A stretch of 64,000 nt of DNA from Candidatus Thalassarchaeaceae archaeon (GTDB taxonomy: Archaea; Thermoplasmatota; Poseidoniia; Poseidoniales; Thalassarchaeaceae): the NCBI GenBank assembly GCA_045568115.1, contig JBJLBO010000005.1, positions 397,034 through 461,033 on the forward strand. Direction: 5' to 3'. Shown piece after piece: positions 20,523-31,078 of the stretch (the stretch's first letter is position 1; each line of letters begins with the position of its first letter). The notes beneath the pieces were generated by a model. It did no database searches. It was not told where the DNA came from and saw only the letters and a program-made list of their open reading frames with translations. The position numbers and the translations under genes are program-made.

Positions 20523-22251
20523 ATGCCATTGAATCAGGCCTCACTCGACCTCCCGAATAAGCCCGGAGTCTATCTCTTCCGGCGTTCAGACCGTAGGGTC
20601 CAGTACGTTGGAAAGGCAACTAATCTTCATAATCGTGTTAAATCCTATTTTGCCAAAAATCCTGATAGAGACAAAATTCCAGAACTTGTGGCGAGTTCTG
20701 ATGATGTCGAATTCATTGTAACGCAGTCTCCTTCAGAGGCATTAATTCTCGAGAGACAACTAATTCGTAAACACAAACCCCGCTACAATTCTATGTTAAT
20801 GGATGACAAATCTTACCCATTCATCGCATTTACTGACCATAAATTCCCTCGTGTACTGTACACAAGACACCCACCAAAAGGTGCTCGTCTTTGGGGACCA
20901 TTTCCTGATGCTGGTGCTGCTAAACAAGTAATAAAATTACTACGAAGGCAATTTGGAATCAGAGACTGCCCGGAACTACTGCCGAAAGGATGTCTTGCCA
21001 TGCACATTGGCTTGTGTACAGCACCTTGTATTCAATCTGAAGGATATAATGAACAAATTCGTGCTGCAGAAAGTGTCCTAAACGGAGATGCAAGTGTACT
21101 GATTGAAGCTCTGCAGGAGGAAATGGATCTTGCTTCAAAAGATTTAGATTACGAAACTGCCGCAAACAAAAGAGATCTAATTACAGCAGTTAACACCACA
21201 GTTTCTCAACAGATAATTCATAGTAGATTCTACCAAGACTGTGATGCAGTGGGCTTTGCTTCTGTTGCTGATATCGCAGTAGTAGTAATTCTTCATACGA
21301 AAAATGGAATTATCCAGGGTCAGGTCAGTTACCCAGTGATTCATCGAGGAGATGTTGTTGCTTCAGTTTCTCTAGTTCTATCTGAACACTATTCGAATCG
21401 TCGTCCACCAAAAACTCTCCTAGTTCCGGCACCTCTTTCGGATTCGTTGACTGATTGGTTTGAAGAACGTCGAGGAACCAAAGTGGAGGTTCGTAATCCA
21501 CAACGTGGTGAATTAGCCAAGTTACGAGGCATGGCAGATCAAAATGCAGAAATCCAAGCACAACGCCAAACCACTAGGCGCTCAGGTAGTTTAGAACAGA
21601 CTGCGGCAAATGAAGCAGCTAAGTTACACGGATTTGACTCTCTAGACCACATAGTCTGCTTTGACATGGCTCAACTGCAAGGAAATGAGAGAGTTGGTGC
21701 AGCAGTTGTTCTACGCAATGGAAGACCTGCAAAGAAAGAATACAGAACATATCGAATTAAAACTGAGGCTGTGGATGACCTGAGAATGATGCAGGAGGTT
21801 GTTCAGCGTTGGCTAAAGACGACAAGAAGAATGGCCGGATTTATTGCTTCTAGATGGAGGAAAAGTTCACCTCTCGCACGTCAATTCAACGCTTGATGAG
21901 AATGGTGTTTCGGGAAGGTTCCCTGTCGCGGCATTAGCCAAGAAAGAAGAGACTCTTTGGCGTCTCGATGCTGAACCTGTTGTTCTAGATAGGCGCTCAA
22001 GAGTGCTGATTCATGCACGCGATGAAGCACATAGATTCGTCAATACGTACCATCGAAAAAGACGTTCAAAAGGTGGGCTGAAGAGCCCTCTGGAAGAGGT
22101 TGAGGGGCTTGGAGCAAAGAAGATTCAGTCACTACTTCGACACTTTGGCGGGATGAAAGGTATTGAACATGCAACAATCGCTGAATTGGCACTTGCTCCG
22201 GGTATTGGCAAGTCTCTAGCAGCTAGGGTTTACGAACATCTTCATGGTTAA
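20523..22251 (+). CDS. uvrC: Excinuclease ABC subunit C, split by a +1 frameshift near nt 21818
   Basis: GIY-YIG (PGVYLF..YVGKA.NL..RV.SYF), RNase H-like domain (CFDMAQ..DDL). LLLDGG and the HhH2 lie in the next frame (ORF 21844-22251). Start 20493 or 20523. Confidence 0.92.
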
Positions 22252-25241
22252 TGATCCCACCATTCTTCCTCTGTGTCTGTGTTATTGAAGTTCTTATCTT
22301 CTAAAACCTCGTCGTCGACTTCTTCTATGATTAATTTCTCTTCCAATTCACCCATTTGAGCAGCAAATTCCAGTTCTAGTAATTGCTCTTCCAATGCACT
22401 TTGAGCATCTTTTTTATTTTTCTTCAGAGCATTTCTTTTTCTAATCCTTCTACTAACCAGTAATAATACAATTGAGGTTAGTAGGAACAGATAGGGAGCC
22501 AGTTCTCCTAGAATAAGCATATATCCAATCTCAACTTCCCAAGTTACAGTATCTTTCTCTCTATAACATTCAGGCCATGTATCCGCTTCAGGGCAAACTG
22601 GAGTTCGATAACTCAATACCTGGTGACCGGAATTCTCAGAGATTTGAGAAAGCCCTAGTTCTGAGTCGAATCTAAGCAATCTCACATTATCAGGAAGAAC
22701 AACTTCAACTCTTGCTGATGAACGTATTGTACCCCACAGAGTATGTTCCATAATTGGAGGAACAATAGATTCTAAGATCAATCCATCCACACTAACACCT
22801 TTGTCGGAAAATTCCAATCCTAACATTTCGCCTAATCTATCTGTAATTCCTGCGGTGTAATATGCAGGACTAACGCTGAAACTTACTTCATCACCCTTCA
22901 ATGCTAACATAATTGATGATGTTCCAACATTAACTGATAATCGAATAGGATTAGTATCGGTTGGTTCCATATCTAATGGCATCTCAACCCAAGGCATTTC
23001 TATATCGAAGGGAATTGCTCCAATATCTAATGAGGTAGTGTAAGTATTGGCTCCAAAGATTATCTTCTGAGCACTCATTTTTTCTATCTGAGAAAATGAT
23101 GATTCTACTTCTTCAGTGAGTGCAGAAGCCAAATCTGACAAACCTGCATTTGAAATTTCAAGTTCATAATCACCATTGGTGAATGGGATAATTGCTTTCT
23201 GATCTGAGCCGACTAGAAGACCACCTTCTCTACGATCACCAACTGCAATGACTCGCCGAAGCACATCAGAAGGTATCGGTTCAATCTCGATTCCTTCTTC
23301 ACCTTCAATCAAGCCAAGGCGATATATCTCAAGTGTAACTTCCGCTGAAAACTCAATTTCTACTGCAGCAGAAGACTCCCTTAGTGCAATTTTCTGCACC
23401 TCAATCCTACTGTCCATAGAAAGACACGTTTTCTGATTAGAGCCGCAGATTAAGTCTGAGCTATTGTCAGTACATTCAGTAGGATCACCTAGGCCACCTC
23501 TTCCATTTTCAAGGCATATTGCGTGTTGCCAATCAAATGGTCTAGCGCCTTTGAATCCAAGTTCATCACTACTAGTTCCAACATATGGCGCCTCAAGGAC
23601 AATAGTATTGGGGTCTCCGTTGGTAGAGTCAATCCAATCAGGCAATCGCATCACAATCCTAACATCTGAATTGGGAAAATCTGCGGGTAAAGAATCCTGA
23701 ATCCATGAAAGATCAGTTTCAATCTCTATTCCAAGTACACTCATAATTGCAGCAAGATCTTCGTCGGTCATAATAGACAAGTCCATTGTTGCAATATCAC
23801 CCTCAGCATGCTGAATCAATTGGCTAACAATATTTGATATTTGCATCTCAGATGACACAGTACTAGCTTGAAGGATAACTGGGTAAGTACTCGCCATTGG
23901 GCCACTTGTCCCCAAGCAGTATCTGAATGCTAGATTCTCATCACATGTCACACCTGGATTGTGTTGGAACATTAACCCTCCAGAATCATTAGAAGGTGCA
24001 AAAGTGGGAGTCTGGAGAAGGACATCAACACCTAAGGCTTCAGAAAATGTATCGGAGAGTGAATCCATTGGAATGGAAGTTAGCAGTTGTTCTGTATCAA
24101 TATCCATCTCTGAATCAAACATTCTAATTCCGTCTGAAGTTACCGAATCGAGTTTTATTGTAGAGGTTTCAAGATTTAGTCCCCACTCTGCTAGAGTATC
24201 TGCACTCAGATGATGAACACCAATTACCATATCTATTCGGCTATTCATTCGATCACTGACATCAATAAATAACTCTAGACTCAATGAGGAGCCGGCATAA
24301 TTTTGCCAATCTGGAGGATTACTGCCACTCCCTAATACTGTAACTAAGTCAACTGATATTGCAGGAGATAAGGAAGAACCTTCGAGATTATTTAGCCCTA
24401 TCCAGGCTCCAGAAATTGCTTGTTGACCCTGTCCCTGCCTGAATATCTCGCCAGGAGGATTGGCCTCTATGACACTAGAATAGGAAGGAGGTATCATCAC
24501 ATATTCGAGGTACTGTCCAGGTGCTGCGATGGTTGTGAAATTAGAAATTACTTCACCGCCCATAATCATCAAACCCTGCATCATTCTGTCTATATCCCCA
24601 GTATCAGGATCCATACCAATATTAGTTGGATCAACGTTCAATGAGAGAACTGAACGCATACAAATAGGAGGGTCGAATGGATTATTTTCTCGCCCATTTT
24701 GTTCATCTATTGAATCTATATCGGGATTATAGGAACAAGAAATATCTCCTCTTTCAATGAAGTTAATATTGTTGGTAGGTTGAATATCGCTAGGGCTTGC
24801 ATCTGGAAAATTCTCTTCAATAATCTGTTGAACTGTATCTTCTATACTCTCAATCATCATGTCTTCAATTGATTTAGATCCAGTTCTACTAAGTGAGCGA
24901 TAATTGCGAATATAATCAGCAGGTATTCCATCAGCAAGAGTGCTATCACCTTGTAAGTCTAAATCAAATAAATCTAAATCGCCACGAGGCATCTCTCTGA
25001 TTGCTAAAGTAATTGTCATTTCAACAGATTCAGCGCTTTCCATCCTAATCTCAACTACGCCCTCAACCCAGTCATCAGAAACCGTCTCGTCCAATAAGGA
25101 AGAATAATCATCACATATTCCATTGCCACCCTCCCATGTGGAGCAAATGTCATTTGAAACTTCAGGATTTCCAGGAGGAGGAGCTGCCGCCACAATTTGG
25201 CACAAAAGAAGAATCACTAAGGTGACCGCCGCGCGACGCAT
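22248..25241 (-). CDS. Large hypothetical secreted protein with C-terminal TM anchor
   Basis: Signal peptide MRRAAVTLVILLLCQIVAA, about 950 acidic residues, TM helix, then a basic and an acidic tail. Confidence 0.8.
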   Translation of the reverse strand: MRRAAVTLVILLLCQIVAAAPPPGNPEVSNDICSTWEGGNGICDDYSSLLDETVSDDWVEGVVEIRMESAESVEMTITLAIREMPRGDLDLFDLDLQGDSTLADGIPADYIRNYRSLSRTGSKSIEDMMIESIEDTVQQIIEENFPDASPSDIQPTNNINFIERGDISCSYNPDIDSIDEQNGRENNPFDPPICMRSVLSLNVDPTNIGMDPDTGDIDRMMQGLMIMGGEVISNFTTIAAPGQYLEYVMIPPSYSSVIEANPPGEIFRQGQGQQAISGAWIGLNNLEGSSLSPAISVDLVTVLGSGSNPPDWQNYAGSSLSLELFIDVSDRMNSRIDMVIGVHHLSADTLAEWGLNLETSTIKLDSVTSDGIRMFDSEMDIDTEQLLTSIPMDSLSDTFSEALGVDVLLQTPTFAPSNDSGGLMFQHNPGVTCDENLAFRYCLGTSGPMASTYPVILQASTVSSEMQISNIVSQLIQHAEGDIATMDLSIMTDEDLAAIMSVLGIEIETDLSWIQDSLPADFPNSDVRIVMRLPDWIDSTNGDPNTIVLEAPYVGTSSDELGFKGARPFDWQHAICLENGRGGLGDPTECTDNSSDLICGSNQKTCLSMDSRIEVQKIALRESSAAVEIEFSAEVTLEIYRLGLIEGEEGIEIEPIPSDVLRRVIAVGDRREGGLLVGSDQKAIIPFTNGDYELEISNAGLSDLASALTEEVESSFSQIEKMSAQKIIFGANTYTTSLDIGAIPFDIEMPWVEMPLDMEPTDTNPIRLSVNVGTSSIMLALKGDEVSFSVSPAYYTAGITDRLGEMLGLEFSDKGVSVDGLILESIVPPIMEHTLWGTIRSSARVEVVLPDNVRLLRFDSELGLSQISENSGHQVLSYRTPVCPEADTWPECYREKDTVTWEVEIGYMLILGELAPYLFLLTSIVLLLVSRRIRKRNALKKNKKDAQSALEEQLLELEFAAQMGELEEKLIIEEVDDEVLEDKNFNNTDTEEEWWDH

Positions 25242-25295
25242 GTCGCGCGTATGTGCAGCCACCTACCATAAGTCTGAATCCGACACGCGTCGTGA

Positions 25296-26189
25296 ATGAT
25301 ACTGATGCACAGGGAGGATCCACATCGCCGCGTGCGTGAGGAGGTGGCTAGGTTACTTGAGATTAGAGGTGCAGATGAGCGCCTTCTTGATGAGCTACCG
25401 AAGCGTTGGGAACGCTTTGCAGATGTTGCACTACTACAACGAGGGGCATTCTCTAGTGATCTGTGGGCTGAACATATTGGGGATGAACTATGGAAGGCAA
25501 TAGCCCGAGGACTATCCGTACAACGCCTTGGGCGAATTGGTGAAATTATTGGTGAACGACGCGAGTCAAGTGTTGAGTTACTATTAGGCAATGAGGATTG
25601 GGTAGTAAGGCGAGAGAATGGTGTTGATTTTGGCTACAAATTTACCAAATGCATGTTCTCAGCAGGTAATGTCAACGAACGTCGTCGTATGGGAGAAGTG
25701 GGGAAATCGAGAGAAACTGTTGTTGACCTATTCTGCGGCATTGGATACTACACTTTACCCATGCTAATTCATTCCAAGATTGAGCATATACATAGTTGTG
25801 AATGGAACCCTGATGCAATAGAGGCTTTAGAGTGGAATCTTGAACATAACGATGTGGTCAATAGATGTACAGTTCATCCAGGTGATAATCGAGTTACTGC
25901 TCCTAATTTACAGGGCATTGCAGACAGGGTAATTCTAGGATTACTACCTTCCGCAGAAGAAGGATTCATCCTAGCTGTAGATTGCCTAAAAACGAGTGGC
26001 GGAGTGCTCCATATTCATGGAGTCGCTGCAGCCAAAAATCATGATTCATGGATTGATGAAACAATTGTTTCAATTTCTAAAATATCAGAAGATTTCGTAG
26101 TGAAAGAAGCTGGGCGAGTTCGAGTAAAATCCTATGCGCCACATTGGGATCATATTGTCTTAGATTTAGAATTAAGCCCTCGCGCGTGA
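25296..26189 (+). CDS. Trm5/TYW2 (Taw2)-family SAM-dependent tRNA modification enzyme
   Basis: KCMFSAGNVNERRRM, VVDLFCGIGYYTLP, CEWNP, ADRVILGLLP, SYAPH. Confidence 0.85.
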   Translation: MILMHREDPHRRVREEVARLLEIRGADERLLDELPKRWERFADVALLQRGAFSSDLWAEHIGDELWKAIARGLSVQRLGRIGEIIGERRESSVELLLGNEDWVVRRENGVDFGYKFTKCMFSAGNVNERRRMGEVGKSRETVVDLFCGIGYYTLPMLIHSKIEHIHSCEWNPDAIEALEWNLEHNDVVNRCTVHPGDNRVTAPNLQGIADRVILGLLPSAEEGFILAVDCLKTSGGVLHIHGVAAAKNHDSWIDETIVSISKISEDFVVKEAGRVRVKSYAPHWDHIVLDLELSPRA

Positions 26190-26239
26190 TGCTTCACAGA
26201 AGCATCAGTCTCATGTGTTAGTGTGGTGTCAGCCAAACA

Positions 26240-28132
26240 ATGGGCGAGGAGTGCTGTGACCATGAGCACTCTGATGATGATGTCCTCGAAGCCACGATTA
26301 TCGAACAACTGGAAGTCAGTGGTTTAGATGTCTACGGTCGAATAGATAATCTCGATTCTAGGCTAATCGGAGGATTTGTCGCCGTTGGAGCTATCGTTGC
26401 CATGTTGATTATCTCAACGCTTTGGACCGCTGCAGGCCCATCTATAACCAGTGGTGGAGGTGACGATTGGTGGAACACGCCAGTCCACGAACGGCATACA
26501 ATGGATCTCAACATGACCGGCGTTCGTAGTCAACTGCCTGAACAGGGACCTTATTCTTGGACGGGCCCTACTGAGCACTTTGTCGAGGTAGATCTTCCTG
26601 CAAGTGAGCAAGATGTTGGTTATCCCGAACCGGCCTTGATGCATATCGCTCTTTGGATGCCTGATGTTGAACCTGGGACTGAGGTCCCAGTAATTGCTAC
26701 TGTGCATCCATACTACGACTTTGGAGGAGAAGGTGTAGCAGGTGACGATTCGAACCCGAATACAATTCCTGATGCTGGAGTTGGAGCCTGGGTTCTAGAT
26801 CAATTTGTGCCACATGGTTATGCAATGGCACAGATATCAACATTTGGAACTGGAAAATCAACCCACTGCCAAGATGTCAAGGGGCTTGGGGAGCAAATTG
26901 GAATTCAAGCAGCAGTTCATTGGCTAGGCGAACAGAATTGGTCAAATGGAAATGTCGGATTGATGGGCAAGTCGTATGCAGGAACCACAAATTGGGAAGC
27001 GGCTCAGAATCCCTCACCTCATCTGAAAACTATTGTTCCAATTTCTGGCTCTATCGGTGTACAACAGATGTTCTACAGAAATGGCTCTAGTGAGGCTAGA
27101 GCTATGCTCTATGATGTGCTATATGAAGGAGCAACGACGGACGCAACTGAGGATGATATGAGAATGTGTAGTGATGATTTAATCGGCCCAGTAAGTCCTT
27201 TCACAACATGGTTCGGTGCTGGTTTTGGTGGAGATGAATGGAACGATTACTGGGATGAGCGATACCATCTGCAGGATGTTCTAGACAATTACAACGGTAG
27301 TGTATACATCGTTTGGGGAATGCAGGACTGGAACGTTGACCCATACCATGCCTTCCCTACTCATCAACTTCTAGCAAATCAAGGGATCAATGTCCGCACG
27401 ATTTCCGGTCAATGGGCTCACAATTATCCAGATCAACCTGATAGACATTCGGAGACAACTAGCGGTTATGGAGCAGAGGCCTATCCAAATATGACTCGCT
27501 TTGATTGGGCAGTTGAACTCTTCCCGTGGTTCGAATACTACCTGAAAGGGGTGGGCGAGGAACCGGCATCCTATGTTCAGATGCAGCGAAATGACGGGCG
27601 CTGGCATCTGGAGGATACCTGGCCTGCTCTAGATTCCACTTTCAATACGATTTCAGAAAGTGGTGGAGGTAATTGGGTATCCTCAATCAATAATGGATTT
27701 TCAGTAAGTCTAGAAGTCTCAGATGGACCGGTACACATTTCTGGATTACCTACTCTTCACACAGATGTCACAACAGGATTGTGTAATGGTGGGCAACTTT
27801 TTGTTACAATGAAAGAAGAGCAGAGCGGTCTCCGACTTGGTCACGCTACAATGGATGTAAGATACCGTGATGGCGGATATGATTCGAAGCCAACCGCTTC
27901 CTTATCCGATTATCGAATGCTAATGGAATTCAACCCAATGGATGTAATTGTTCCTTCAGGTACCATTATTCTCGAATTTAGTGAAAGTGGGGAAGACTAC
28001 ATTCCCTCCCCCTGTTCAACAACGGGTTTGACTGTAGGAGAATTCGACCTCACCTTGCCAATAATCGAACGTGGTTTAGAAGACGAAAATTGGTTCGATG
28101 TGCCGCCGTGGTGGGAACATCAGGAGATGTGA
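26240..28132 (+). CDS. CocE/NonD (peptidase S15, Xaa-Pro dipeptidyl-peptidase-like) hydrolase, membrane anchored
   Basis: Nucleophile motif GKSYAG, GTGKSTHC, WSNGNVGLMG; N-terminal TM helix. Confidence 0.85.
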   Translation: MGEECCDHEHSDDDVLEATIIEQLEVSGLDVYGRIDNLDSRLIGGFVAVGAIVAMLIISTLWTAAGPSITSGGGDDWWNTPVHERHTMDLNMTGVRSQLPEQGPYSWTGPTEHFVEVDLPASEQDVGYPEPALMHIALWMPDVEPGTEVPVIATVHPYYDFGGEGVAGDDSNPNTIPDAGVGAWVLDQFVPHGYAMAQISTFGTGKSTHCQDVKGLGEQIGIQAAVHWLGEQNWSNGNVGLMGKSYAGTTNWEAAQNPSPHLKTIVPISGSIGVQQMFYRNGSSEARAMLYDVLYEGATTDATEDDMRMCSDDLIGPVSPFTTWFGAGFGGDEWNDYWDERYHLQDVLDNYNGSVYIVWGMQDWNVDPYHAFPTHQLLANQGINVRTISGQWAHNYPDQPDRHSETTSGYGAEAYPNMTRFDWAVELFPWFEYYLKGVGEEPASYVQMQRNDGRWHLEDTWPALDSTFNTISESGGGNWVSSINNGFSVSLEVSDGPVHISGLPTLHTDVTTGLCNGGQLFVTMKEEQSGLRLGHATMDVRYRDGGYDSKPTASLSDYRMLMEFNPMDVIVPSGTIILEFSESGEDYIPSPCSTTGLTVGEFDLTLPIIERGLEDENWFDVPPWWEHQEM

Positions 28133-28134
28133 GA

Positions 28135-28488
28135 ATGAGGGTACTTGCCTTCGAAGATTCCTATGACATAGAGTCGCTTCTTCGAGAAGCCGGTGTCAAT
28201 TTCTCTGATGTAGAATTCCACCAGCACTGGAATACAAAGGATTGTTTTGAGCGAATTCAAGAATTCGAACCTGATGTACTACTTCTCGATCACTATATTC
28301 CACCGATAAAAGGCTTGGAAGTTCTGAAAGGCTTGCTCGATTTAGTCGCATCAGGACAATTAACTCGGCCTGAGAATATTATTGGAATTAGCAGTTCAGA
28401 GTCTGCGAATCAAGATTTGATGTATGCTGGAGCTGATGAAGTAGTTGTGAAATTCCGACTCCCTGAACTCGAGGTGTGGAAAAAATGA
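28135..28488 (+). CDS. Single-domain response regulator receiver protein
   Basis: RVLAFED, PDVLLLD (phospho-acceptor), GLEVL, GISS, terminal VVKF. Confidence 0.85.
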   Translation: MRVLAFEDSYDIESLLREAGVNFSDVEFHQHWNTKDCFERIQEFEPDVLLLDHYIPPIKGLEVLKGLLDLVASGQLTRPENIIGISSSESANQDLMYAGADEVVVKFRLPELEVWKK

Positions 28489-29162
28489 TTCATCCTTGGT
28501 TGATTCAGGCCGCAAAAGAATACAATGCTGAATCTCTGAAAAATAAGGATTCGTACGCAGCTGTTCTTCTGATACCTGTCGAAAATCTTGACACTATTAT
28601 TGACTGGACATTCAAATCTCTACCTGATGAAATTCTTGTCGGCATGGACCCTAACCATCAATATCCAAATCCCAATGAAGTGGAAGAAAAATACTCAGGA
28701 GTTCAACGAGAGGTGAATTTGTTTGAAGGACAAGGGTATGTTCTAGGAGAACCACATCTAGTAAATCGAGGTGATTCATTCGAAGTACATCATGTTCCAG
28801 AAGAATGGATGGATGAATTCTTCTCGGATGAACGAGGTTTGAGAGGAGGACGCTTCACACATTGGTTACACACGCATCCAAACGCACCCGCCCTACCTAG
28901 TGAAGCAGATGCGGATGCCTCTCAGTGGACCGACGGAACTGATATGATTCTAGGAATTCGTTTCTTTCCAGAAGGTTTCCTACCATGGTTCGAAGATATA
29001 GGAGGCGTTCGTCGTTCTCTGACTGACTTAGATGGTACAGGAGCCATTGGAAGGGCTCGAACCGGACACCTAATCAGAGGTTTAGAGATAATTTGTTACC
29101 ATAGATCTGGTCTTGGTGTGAATCTGGTAATCACAAATAACGAAGGGCTAGCTATCGAATAG
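28485..29162 (+). CDS. JAB/MPN+ (JAMM) metalloprotease-like protein
   Basis: LPDEI (Glu) and HTHPNAPALPSEAD (HxH-x7-S-x2-D); ATGA overlap with the REC gene. Confidence 0.8.
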   Translation: MIHPWLIQAAKEYNAESLKNKDSYAAVLLIPVENLDTIIDWTFKSLPDEILVGMDPNHQYPNPNEVEEKYSGVQREVNLFEGQGYVLGEPHLVNRGDSFEVHHVPEEWMDEFFSDERGLRGGRFTHWLHTHPNAPALPSEADADASQWTDGTDMILGIRFFPEGFLPWFEDIGGVRRSLTDLDGTGAIGRARTGHLIRGLEIICYHRSGLGVNLVITNNEGLAIE

Positions 29163-29170
29163 AATCTCGT

Positions 29171-29713
29171 TCAATCATCACTAAAGAAAAGGTGTTCACG
29201 ATAATATTCTAACTCTTCAATACTGCCACGAATATCGTCGAGAGCTCTGTGACCTGAGTTTTTCCTCCACTTCTTTACTTCTGGATACCAACTACGTGCA
29301 AGAATTTTGATACTAGTCACATCGACACTGCGATAATGGAAGAAATCATGTAATTCAGGCATATATCTTCTCAGAAATCGGCGGTCTTGACCAATAGTAT
29401 TTCCACAAAGTGGAGAAGCACCCTCTACACAGTGTTGGCGAAGAAAATCAAGAGTCGCTTGCTCTGCATTATCCATAGATACACCTGCTTCAGCGATTCT
29501 ATCTAGAAGACCATTCTCAGTATGGTGAGATACATTCCAATCATCCATTTTTGCTAACTCTTCCTCACCAACGTCAATTGTCAAATTTGGTCCTTCTGCT
29601 ACAATCGACAAATCTCCTTCTGTGACAATTGTTGCTATCTCAATGATTGTATTTTCATCAGGGTCGAGACCCGTCATCTCAAGATCAATCCAGACCAACC
29701 TGTCCTCGACCAT
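29171..29713 (-). CDS. orn: Oligoribonuclease (DEDDh exonuclease)
   Basis: LVWIDLEMTGLDP, IIEIATIVT, PLCGNTIGQDRRFL, FHYR..DV, HRALDDI. Confidence 0.95.
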   Translation of the reverse strand: MVEDRLVWIDLEMTGLDPDENTIIEIATIVTEGDLSIVAEGPNLTIDVGEEELAKMDDWNVSHHTENGLLDRIAEAGVSMDNAEQATLDFLRQHCVEGASPLCGNTIGQDRRFLRRYMPELHDFFHYRSVDVTSIKILARSWYPEVKKWRKNSGHRALDDIRGSIEELEYYREHLFFSDD

Positions 29714-29794
29714 GTATTGAGTCCAACTGGTTCCATCTTATTGCTTCTCTTACGAAGGGCGACTATCATAGTGCATTGACCACGCGGATGTCTG

Positions 29795-31078
29795 ATGACG
29801 GGAGTGGGCTACCTTGAGCTGCTCAAGACAAATAGGTCTTTTCGAAGACTATTTGTTGCTAATGAAATCTCATTCATAGGAGATTGGTTTACTGTAATTG
29901 CCTTGTTTATTTTAGCTGGAGAGGCGAGTGACAATTCTCCTCTTGCAATTGCTGGTGTTCTCGCATCTAGGAGCTTTTCTCTAGCACTAGTTACTCCATT
30001 TACAGGAATGCTTGCTGATAGATACTCACGTAGAGGATTGATGTTTGGTGCGAATGTTGCTTCTCTAGTAGTACTCGTAATTGTACTTTTTTTCAATCTA
30101 CTAGAGAGCTTGACCTCTGTGTATATTCTAGCTGTTGTGATGGTGGCTGCTAGAGCTGTATTTGACCCCGCTGAATACGCCTATCTACCAAACATATGCA
30201 ATGAAGAAGAGTTACTGACAGCAAATGCTCTGGCCTCAGGTGGTTGGTCTGTAGCATTGGGGATGGGGTCTGCTATCGGTGGATTGACTATCTCTCAATT
30301 TGGTATTAATACAGCTCTATGGATAGATACTGTGACCTTTACTGTGGCAGCTCTCGCAATTATGACATTGCCGACAGGTGGCCCTGATGTATCAGAAAGA
30401 AAGAGGGCTACTCCGAAGTTAATAGTCGGGGAAATTGTTTCAGGATGGAAATATATTCTATCTCTTCCATCACTTCGTCGAGTGATATTTGCCAAAGGAC
30501 TGTGGGCTTCAGGAGGAGGTGCTCAGGTATTTTTGCTCGTTCTAATCGGAATGGAAGTTGGATTTGGAGAAGTTGCAGCAGGGGTTGGAATTCTATTCAT
30601 GGCTAGAGGATTTGGTAGTGGATTCGGACCACTAGCCGGAAGATCACTAATGAGTAACCCCCGTTTGATACCATATTTGCTTGGAATTGCTGTAGGGGTA
30701 TGCGGAACATTTTACATCGCAGTTGCGTATTTTGTTGGACAAGAAAATCCAGTCGATTGGAAGGAAATTATTCTAATTTTAGTATTCTTCTCTCATGCAG
30801 CAAGTGGTCTGAATTGGGTGCTTTCAACCACTTTACTACAGAAGAGATCTGATGATGAGTGGCGAGGCAGGGTTGCGGGAACCGATCACTTCGGAATAAC
30901 TGTAATGATGGGAATATCGGCACTTTCAGCAGGGATAATAATGGAAAACGAATTACTGAGTTTAGTTGAGGTTATTGCTCTGACTGGGATGGTTCAAATC
31001 ATGTTAGGATTGGCTTGGATTATGCTAGCCTCACCAAGTGAGAAGAAAATTATCCAACAATCGAGGGTAAAAACTTGA
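29795..31078 (+). CDS. MFS transporter (H+ antiporter-like)
   Basis: About 12 TM helices, motif A GMLADRYSRR, C-terminal D.WRGRV. Confidence 0.9.
   Translation: MTGVGYLELLKTNRSFRRLFVANEISFIGDWFTVIALFILAGEASDNSPLAIAGVLASRSFSLALVTPFTGMLADRYSRRGLMFGANVASLVVLVIVLFFNLLESLTSVYILAVVMVAARAVFDPAEYAYLPNICNEEELLTANALASGGWSVALGMGSAIGGLTISQFGINTALWIDTVTFTVAALAIMTLPTGGPDVSERKRATPKLIVGEIVSGWKYILSLPSLRRVIFAKGLWASGGGAQVFLLVLIGMEVGFGEVAAGVGILFMARGFGSGFGPLAGRSLMSNPRLIPYLLGIAVGVCGTFYIAVAYFVGQENPVDWKEIILILVFFSHAASGLNWVLSTTLLQKRSDDEWRGRVAGTDHFGITVMMGISALSAGIIMENELLSLVEVIALTGMVQIMLGLAWIMLASPSEKKIIQQSRVKT

Noticed and set aside
25217-25591. 124-aa Arg/Ser-rich minus-strand ORF
   Set aside because: Antisense shadow of the Trm5/TYW2-family gene.
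28485-29162. JAB protein as part of a CBASS or ubiquitin-like antiviral system
   Set aside because: No cyclase, E1/E2 or effector gene is adjacent; the context is housekeeping-like.
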